Origin: an uncultured Weeksellaceae bacterium
Lineage (GTDB): Bacteria; Bacteroidota; Bacteroidia; Flavobacteriales_D; CAZDUI01
Assembly: GCA_964508605.1 (NCBI GenBank)
Contig: CAZDUI010000005.1
Location: 49,254 to 113,253 of the forward strand
Length of the DNA: 64,000 nucleotides
Direction: 5' to 3'
Position numbers and translations under genes: made by a program. This document shows, piece by piece, positions 57,535-64,000 of this stretch. The number at the start of each line of letters is the position of its first letter. Position 1 is the first letter of the stretch. Under the pieces are notes generated by a model that ran no database searches, was not told where the DNA came from, and saw only the letters and a list, made by a program, of their open reading frames with translations.

Positions 57535-59481
57535 ATGGAAATTATATCGATGAAAGTCCCTGAGAACTCTCCGGCAGAAATTCTGGCCAAATACTGGAAT
57601 TACGACAGTTTCAGGCATCCGCAGCTGGAGATTATTCAGACGATATTAAGCGGTAAAGACATTCTGGCGCTGTTACCAACGGGAGGAGGAAAGTCAATCT
57701 GTTTTCAGGTGCCGGCATTATGGTTGCCCGGTCTTACACTTGTGGTTTCACCTTTAATTGCGCTGATGCGCGACCAGGTGGAAAACCTAAGAAAAAGAGG
57801 AATAGCAGCCGATGCCCTAACCTCTGCCATTCAAAAAGACGAACAAAGAGTCATAATAGACAATGCAACATTTGGAGCCACCAAGATACTCTATGTAAGC
57901 CCTGAAAGACTTGAAAACCCAACCTTTTTGAAGCAGCTGGATCAAATGCCGGTGAGTTTAATTGCAGTAGATGAAGCGCATTGTATTTCACAATGGGGCT
58001 ACGACTTCAGACCACCGTATTTAAGAATTGCAGCCATACGGCCGATGTTTCCAAAAGTTCCTGTAATCGCTTTAACAGCAACCGCTACTCCACGGGTTGT
58101 TAAAGACATAATGTTGCGGTTACAATTTGATGAAGAGCGGGTTATCAGCATCAGTTTTGAAAGAAAAAACCTAAGCTACAATGTAATGCATACCGGCAAT
58201 AAACCCGGAGCCTTACTGGAACTATTGCAACAGCACCCCGGCTGCGCCGTCGTTTACACCCGTAACCGTCGTCGTACGCGGGAAATTGCCGAGACACTGC
58301 AGCACAACGGTATTTCGGCCTCATACTATCATGCCGGACTGGAACCCGACGAGCGCAATGTTAGACAACAAGACTGGATTGAAGACAAAGTACGTGTAAT
58401 GGTTGCCACCAATGCATTTGGAATGGGCATTGATAAGCCCGACGTAAGGTTGGTTGTGCATGTTGATATACCAGACAATGCAGAGGCATACTTTCAGGAA
58501 GCCGGACGAGCAGGGCGCGATGGAAAAGAAGCAGCAGCGTGGGCATTGTACCATGGCGGAGATAAACTGCAATTACAGGAAAACCTGCAGCGTTCATTTC
58601 CCGAGAAACCATTTATTTTAAGAGTTTACAATGCCGCTGCCGACTATTTAAAAGTAGCCGTAAACTATGGCGAAGGAGAATCATACAGTTTTGACGTAAA
58701 CGACTTTATTGCCAAATTTAAATTTCCACCCATCGAAACACTTTCATCGTTAAAAATTCTGGCACTGAACGGATATATCTACTTTACAGAAAGTGTTTTT
58801 ACTCCTGCAAGAGTTCAGGTAAAAATTCAAGGCAACGATCTATACCAATTTCAGCAACGCAATTTGCGTTATGAACCGCTACTGAAAACGCTGCTAAGAA
58901 GCTATGGAAATATATTTGACCAACCGGTGAATATTTCAGAAAAATCAATTTGTACAAAAACAAATCTGGAATTATTTGAATTGCGGCAACAATTAAAAAT
59001 TTTGCAGCAAATGAAAGTTCTTGAATATTTCCCGCCTGAAGATTCACCCCGTATTACCTGGCTTCAAAACAGACAAAGCACGCAGAATTTAAAACTGATG
59101 CCCGAAACATATTCCCAAAGAAAAAAACTACACGAAACCAATATTCAGTTTATGCTGAATTACCTTACCGAAAATAATTGTCGTAGCAAAACACTACAGG
59201 AATATTTTGGTGAAAAAAACGTTTCTCCGTGCCAAAAATGCGACGTCTGCAGGACATTAAATGCTAATGCTGAAGCTCCGGCAGCCGACCAATTTCTATC
59301 TTTATTAAAACAATTGCGCCAAAAAGGTGAAACATCGGTAAGAGAATTATCGGGTACCGGTAATGTACATCATAAAAAACTGGTTTCCATTTTAAGAACC
59401 ATGAACGACGAAGGGCTAATACGATTTAACGAACGCGGAAATATTGCACTCACCATAAAGGGTGCAAGAATGACCGAATAA
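57535..59481 (+). CDS. recQ: RecQ-family ATP-dependent DNA helicase
   Basis: LPTGGGKS, VDEAHCISQWGYDFRP, ATNAFGMGIDK, QEAGRAGRDG and RQC Zn site CR…CQKCDVC. True start is 57535 or 57550. Confidence 0.93.
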   Translation: MEIISMKVPENSPAEILAKYWNYDSFRHPQLEIIQTILSGKDILALLPTGGGKSICFQVPALWLPGLTLVVSPLIALMRDQVENLRKRGIAADALTSAIQKDEQRVIIDNATFGATKILYVSPERLENPTFLKQLDQMPVSLIAVDEAHCISQWGYDFRPPYLRIAAIRPMFPKVPVIALTATATPRVVKDIMLRLQFDEERVISISFERKNLSYNVMHTGNKPGALLELLQQHPGCAVVYTRNRRRTREIAETLQHNGISASYYHAGLEPDERNVRQQDWIEDKVRVMVATNAFGMGIDKPDVRLVVHVDIPDNAEAYFQEAGRAGRDGKEAAAWALYHGGDKLQLQENLQRSFPEKPFILRVYNAAADYLKVAVNYGEGESYSFDVNDFIAKFKFPPIETLSSLKILALNGYIYFTESVFTPARVQVKIQGNDLYQFQQRNLRYEPLLKTLLRSYGNIFDQPVNISEKSICTKTNLELFELRQQLKILQQMKVLEYFPPEDSPRITWLQNRQSTQNLKLMPETYSQRKKLHETNIQFMLNYLTENNCRSKTLQEYFGEKNVSPCQKCDVCRTLNANAEAPAADQFLSLLKQLRQKGETSVRELSGTGNVHHKKLVSILRTMNDEGLIRFNERGNIALTIKGARMTE

Positions 59482-59492
59482 AATGAACAATA

Positions 59493-59999
59493 ATGAAAGT
59501 AAAGCCTATTTATCACAAACCAAATACAGAACTTATGACAGCTGGACTTCCATTGCAAATATGGATTTACGGGCGACAAACAGAAACCAATTTTGAAGAT
59601 AATTTTCTCAGCCAACCTTTTGTGCCTTCTGATTCAGAAAATGTATGGAAAAATTGCTATGACAAATATATTTATAGCAATGGTATTCACAATCTATTGC
59701 AGAGAATCATTATAAAAGATAATGGGTCTATTATATATATGCCGGAATTAATTATTAATACCAGGCAGTGTAGCGGGCTGCAAGTTATTTACATTCAAGG
59801 AAGTGCGGAATATCCGGAAAACAAATTTGTTTTGTTTGAGAATTATTCTGAAATAGCTACTAACAGTAAAGAATTTGAATTTGAAATTAGTTTGTTCCAC
59901 TCTGAGTACGAACTAAAAGAAGCCTGTAAAGAGAGCAACTCCTTACAAGCATTCGGTGCCCGTATTCTGGAAGTATTTTACTGGCATATACACATGTAA
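59493..59999 (+). CDS. Hypothetical protein
   Basis: 168-aa ORF filling the gap after recQ in the same orientation; no motif recognised. Confidence 0.55.
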   Translation: MKVKPIYHKPNTELMTAGLPLQIWIYGRQTETNFEDNFLSQPFVPSDSENVWKNCYDKYIYSNGIHNLLQRIIIKDNGSIIYMPELIINTRQCSGLQVIYIQGSAEYPENKFVLFENYSEIATNSKEFEFEISLFHSEYELKEACKESNSLQAFGARILEVFYWHIHM

Positions 60000-60033
60000 T
60001 AATAATTTTCAGGAATAAATACTAAGAATAACG

Positions 60034-60645
60034 GTGGTCAATCTCTTATTTAAACTAGCGCTCAATTTAATCCCACTTGCCGGATATCTCTTTTATGGAT
60101 GGGATGCTTTTGAGCTGATTGTCTGCTATGTGATTCATTCGTTTGCAATATTTTTCCTTTTTACCGTAAACAGGTTTTACATTAAAAAAGAAACGAGATA
60201 CCCATTCTTTTTTGCTTCAGTATTAATGCCCATTGTAGTTTCTGTATATGCAGGGTTTACATACCTGTACGCATGGCTTGCTTATCGCAGATGCTTTGAA
60301 TTACCCGAAGAATTTAAGAAAAAGGAAATCGACCTCTTGATGGATAAACTGATGGACATGAACCCCTACTGGATTTTTATTTTAATTGTAGTTGTTGAAG
60401 CGGTTCTTATGTATGGAACCAGGGTTGTTCAGAAAAGCAACATCAGGTTTTCTGATACCTACATGTTGTGGAGGATGATAGTATTACATCTGTTTATGGC
60501 AATATCTGTAATTATTGTAGGACTTATGGATACCCATGGATTTGGATTTCTGTTTTATTTAATTGGATTTAAAATCGTGATTGATTTTTGGTTTGAGCAT
60601 TGGTTTGTGAAGCGCATATCACGAACTGCAAAAAACTCAATTTAA
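60034..60645 (+). CDS. DUF6498-like membrane protein
   Basis: NLIPLAGYLFYGWDAFELIVCY opening and RMIVLHLF…LIGFKIVIDF ending; about five TM helices. GTG start. Confidence 0.65.
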   Translation: MVNLLFKLALNLIPLAGYLFYGWDAFELIVCYVIHSFAIFFLFTVNRFYIKKETRYPFFFASVLMPIVVSVYAGFTYLYAWLAYRRCFELPEEFKKKEIDLLMDKLMDMNPYWIFILIVVVEAVLMYGTRVVQKSNIRFSDTYMLWRMIVLHLFMAISVIIVGLMDTHGFGFLFYLIGFKIVIDFWFEHWFVKRISRTAKNSI

Positions 60646-60738
60646 TCAAATTTATAAAATAAGTTTTTGGGGCTATTTCCTTAAATGTAAATTCTCAGAA
60701 AATCCCCCAATTCCAAAAATCTCCGTAATCTTGCAATT

Positions 60739-63717
60739 ATGGCAGGAAGTATAATAAAAACCCGTCTGAACCGGTCTGTATTCAGGTTTGGGTGGATGTT
60801 GCTGACAGGATTATGTTGGTTTGTGAACGTGGGTGCACAGGACGGTTTGCACAGATATGTGAATCCTATGATTGGAACCGGAGGGCATGGGCACACTTTT
60901 CCTGGAGCTACCCTCCCCTTTGGCATGGTACAGTTAAGTCCCGATACAAGAGTGGACGGATCGTGGGACGGATGCTCAGGATATCATTATTCTGATACCT
61001 TCATCTACGGATTTACCCACACCCATCTTTCAGGAACAGGCGTATCAGATTACGGCGATATTCTGCTAATGCCATACTGCGGCAATCTAAGCTTTGAGTC
61101 TCAGGTTTACGGATCAGCGTTTTCGCACCCCAACGAAAAGGCAATAGCCGGTAAATACAGCGTGTTATTGCAAGATGAAAATATTCAGGCAGATCTTACA
61201 GCTACCCAACGGTGCGGATACCATCAATACATCTATCCCAGGGGTAAGGAGTCCAGAATGGTAATTGACCTACGCCACCGCGACGAGTTACTTGACGCAC
61301 AAATTAATATTGTAAACAGCACCACAATTGAAGGTTACCGTATCAGCAGAGCATGGGCAAAGGAACAACACGTGTATTTTGTAATGGAATTTTCGCGACC
61401 GTTTAAAAAGCCGGAACTTCTTACCATCGCATTAAATCATGAAAAAATTCCGACCCACAAAGTTGCTGCTGTTTTAACGTACGATACCCGCAAACAACAG
61501 GAACTGAAGGTAAAGGTGGGTATTTCGTTTACTTCCATTGAGGGCGCCCGAAAAAACCTCAAGGCTGAGATTTCTGGTTGGCCAACCGTTGAAGAAGTAT
61601 CGGATAAAGCTGCTGCTGCATGGAATAAGGAATTGAGTTTGATTCAGGTGGAAGGTGGTACAGAGGATGAAAAGGTAATATTTTATACCGCAATGTACCA
61701 CACCATGATTCACCCCAACATTGCCTGTGATGTTGACGGCAATTACCGCGGACACGATATGAAAATTCGAAAGGCAGAAGGATACAACCATTACACTGTC
61801 TTTTCGCTGTGGGATACATTCAGGGCAGCGCATCCGCTGTACAATCTTATCATGCCGCAAAGAAGTCTTGATTTTATAAAAAGCATCCTTGAAATTGGTA
61901 AGATTGAAGGCAGATTGCCCGTTTGGGAGTTGGCTTCGTGTGAAACCGATTGTATGATTGGTTACCACGGAACCAGTGTGATTGCCGATGCTTTGGCGAA
62001 AGGAATAACCGGTTTTAACCAGGAAGAAGCTTTTGAATTGATGCTGAAGAGCGCCGGGTATAGCAAATTCGGAATAGATGCCTATGGCCGCAACGGCTAT
62101 CTGGATGTGGAAACCGAACCGGAAAGCGTGAGCAAAACACTGGAATATGCCTACGACGACTGGTGTATAGCACGGGTTGCAGAAATAACAGGAAACAAGA
62201 ATGAATGGTACGACTTTATTCTGCGTTCGCAGTCCTGGAAGAACATTTTCAATCCTGCAACCGGATTTATGCAGCCCCGTAAAAATGGCTCTTGGCTTGT
62301 ACCTTTTCATCCGGCAGATGTGAACAACCACTTTACAGAAGCCAACAGCTGGCAATATAGTTTCTTTGTACCGCACGACATTTATGGTTTGGTAGATGCA
62401 TTCAGGGGCCGGAATGAATTTGAAAATAAACTGGACGAATTGTTCTCGGCTCCTCAGCAAACCCTGGGTCGGTCTCAGGCTGACATTACCGGACTGATAG
62501 GCCAGTATGCTCACGGTAACGAACCTAGTCATCATATGGCGTTTTTATACAACTATATTCGAAAACCATCAAAAACGCAGTATTACGTTAATAAAATAAG
62601 GAGTGAATTTTATTTAAATACGCCTGACGGACTTATTGGAAATGAAGACTGCGGACAAATGAGTGCATGGTATGTTTTTGCGGCTTCAGGCCTTTATCCC
62701 GTGTGTCCGGGTACCGATGTATACGCGCTGTGTGCGCCGGTTTTCAGTAAAATATCCGTGAAAAACGATAAAGGTAACACCTTGTTCACAGTCCTTGCCG
62801 ATGGTGCATCCAAAGCACTACCCTATGCTGCTGATCCGGCATTCGGCAAACGGACAGCCGGTTTCTTTGTAAAACACAAAGATTTACAATCAAACGCAGT
62901 GCTAAGTTATAATATGACTGCCGATTCCACCAATGTACTTCCTGCACTAAGCCATTATTTTGACCCGTCAGAAAGATTGCCAAAATCCCTGGAGATCACT
63001 CCAATACCCGTTTTTAAGAGCGGACTTATGAGTTTTAAAGATTCCGTACTGATAGAAATAGAACATCCTGATTATTTTTCATTCCGGCTTTCAAAACTAT
63101 ATTATATCATAAATGAAGGAGAATGGACACGGTATGAAAAACCATTCTATGTAAAGAATGAATCCCTTATTCAGGCCAAAGCCATACAATACGGACGCGA
63201 AAGCGCAACGATAACGCGGGTTGTAAAACCGCGTCAAAATCAATACAAAACAACCCTGTACAGCACACCCAATCCGCAGTATTTTGCCGGGGGCACCGAC
63301 GGATTAACCGACGGATTGCGCGGCGACACCCACTGGAAAAAGGGACTGTGGCACGGGTATCAGGGGCAGGATTTTGTTGCTGTAATTGATATGACGGAAA
63401 GCAAAAATATTCAGCAAATCAATGCAGGATTTCTTGAAGACACACGGTCCTGGATATTCTTTCCTACCGAAATATCCATAGAAACTTCAGAGGACGGAGA
63501 GAACTATACCTATCTGGGTAAATCGGAAAACGGGTTCAAGTATAAAACGCTTGAATCAGGAAATGACAATATCAGTTTACAGAATTTCTCGGTTACAGCA
63601 AATGCAAAAGCAAGGTATATTAAAATAACAGCCAAAAATTATGGAAAATTACCCGAATGGCATCCCGGTCGCGGTGGAGACGCTTTTATTTTTATTGATG
63701 AAATAGAAATTGAATAA
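60739..63717 (+). CDS. GH92 alpha-mannosidase with C-terminal Fn3-associated and F5/8-type domains
   Basis: YVNPMIGTGGHGHTFPGA, QLSPDT, FSLWDTFR, KTLEYAYDDW, TEANSWQY, HGNEPSHH and GNEDCGQMSAWY. Confidence 0.96.
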   Translation: MAGSIIKTRLNRSVFRFGWMLLTGLCWFVNVGAQDGLHRYVNPMIGTGGHGHTFPGATLPFGMVQLSPDTRVDGSWDGCSGYHYSDTFIYGFTHTHLSGTGVSDYGDILLMPYCGNLSFESQVYGSAFSHPNEKAIAGKYSVLLQDENIQADLTATQRCGYHQYIYPRGKESRMVIDLRHRDELLDAQINIVNSTTIEGYRISRAWAKEQHVYFVMEFSRPFKKPELLTIALNHEKIPTHKVAAVLTYDTRKQQELKVKVGISFTSIEGARKNLKAEISGWPTVEEVSDKAAAAWNKELSLIQVEGGTEDEKVIFYTAMYHTMIHPNIACDVDGNYRGHDMKIRKAEGYNHYTVFSLWDTFRAAHPLYNLIMPQRSLDFIKSILEIGKIEGRLPVWELASCETDCMIGYHGTSVIADALAKGITGFNQEEAFELMLKSAGYSKFGIDAYGRNGYLDVETEPESVSKTLEYAYDDWCIARVAEITGNKNEWYDFILRSQSWKNIFNPATGFMQPRKNGSWLVPFHPADVNNHFTEANSWQYSFFVPHDIYGLVDAFRGRNEFENKLDELFSAPQQTLGRSQADITGLIGQYAHGNEPSHHMAFLYNYIRKPSKTQYYVNKIRSEFYLNTPDGLIGNEDCGQMSAWYVFAASGLYPVCPGTDVYALCAPVFSKISVKNDKGNTLFTVLADGASKALPYAADPAFGKRTAGFFVKHKDLQSNAVLSYNMTADSTNVLPALSHYFDPSERLPKSLEITPIPVFKSGLMSFKDSVLIEIEHPDYFSFRLSKLYYIINEGEWTRYEKPFYVKNESLIQAKAIQYGRESATITRVVKPRQNQYKTTLYSTPNPQYFAGGTDGLTDGLRGDTHWKKGLWHGYQGQDFVAVIDMTESKNIQQINAGFLEDTRSWIFFPTEISIETSEDGENYTYLGKSENGFKYKTLESGNDNISLQNFSVTANAKARYIKITAKNYGKLPEWHPGRGGDAFIFIDEIEIE

Positions 63718-63718
63718 C

Positions 63719-64000
63719 ATGAAAATAAAATATTCCGGAATCATTCTCTTTGTGTTGACACTATTTCTAGCCGGATGTCATGCCGGACGTTTTATTATTT
63801 ACAATTTTGCCGATTACAGAGATTATAAAAAGTTCCCGCACCGCACAATAGAAACCGGAGACCACCTTTATGGCTGGCATCATTCAGAAACAAATCTAAA
63901 TTTCAGCAGCGATTTTAAGAGTGAAGCATACGATTCTTTTGAATCGTTGCTTGAGGACAATAAAACCCTTGCTTTTATAGTAATACATGACGATACAGTA
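63719..64000 (+). CDS. Lipoprotein, probable serine hydrolase (beta-lactamase-like); partial, runs off the window
   Basis: My translation from the ATG at 63719: MKIKYSGIILFVLTLFLAGC-HAGRFIIYNFADYRDYKKFP…KTLAFIVIHDDTV. Lipobox LAGC; this N-terminus resembles Bacteroidota serine hydrolases. Confidence 0.65.
   Translation, partial: MKIKYSGIILFVLTLFLAGCHAGRFIIYNFADYRDYKKFPHRTIETGDHLYGWHHSETNLNFSSDFKSEAYDSFESLLEDNKTLAFIVIHDDTV

Noticed and set aside
61474-62535. 353-aa antisense ORF inside GH92
   Set aside because: It lies entirely opposite a highly conserved enzyme, has no recognisable motif, and is best explained as a shadow ORF of biased codon usage.
602-62983. Numerous 60-135 aa ORFs antisense to or out of frame within confident genes
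   Set aside because: They overlap well-supported CDSs, lack motifs and have no promoter or start context.
1-64000. CRISPR array, tRNA/rRNA, IS/transposase, integrase or prophage genes
   Set aside because: I saw no regularly spaced direct repeats, tRNA T-loop/acceptor structures or mobile-element proteins by eye; a formal scan was not run.

Overview
A 64-kb stretch of a Bacteroidota chromosome, probably Flavobacteriales-like. That assignment is inferred from gldF-gldG-dnaN and clpC-gyrA-TPR synteny, repeated TAnnTTTG -7 promoter elements and the absence of Shine-Dalgarno motifs. Most of the window (about 15-64 kb) is housekeeping: purC, phoH, lysA, gldFG, dnaN, ruvX, dapD, hemD, rnpA, ctpA, DAHP synthase/chorismate mutase, clpC, gyrA, class II RNR, DPP-IV, ilvE, recQ and GH92. 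The first 15 kb is accessory and holds the two best candidates for undescribed systems. (1) 8.9-14.8 kb: a translationally coupled four-gene operon encoding a TolC-like outer-membrane channel fused to a GH18-like TIM barrel, a HlyD-type adaptor, a REC-like/multi-Zn-ribbon (TackOD1-like)/degenerate-GGDEF protein with an RxxD site, and a processive GT2 synthase. It looks like a synthase-dependent exopolysaccharide system exporting through a tripartite MFP-TolC conduit. (2) 0-5 kb: two paralogous membrane TPR proteins carrying an unusual GGAS-KF-Cys capped module, coupled to a GT-B glycosyltransferase and a twitch/SPASM radical SAM enzyme. I saw no tRNA, rRNA, CRISPR array, transposase or integrase. 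All family calls come from motif recognition by eye; no database search was run.
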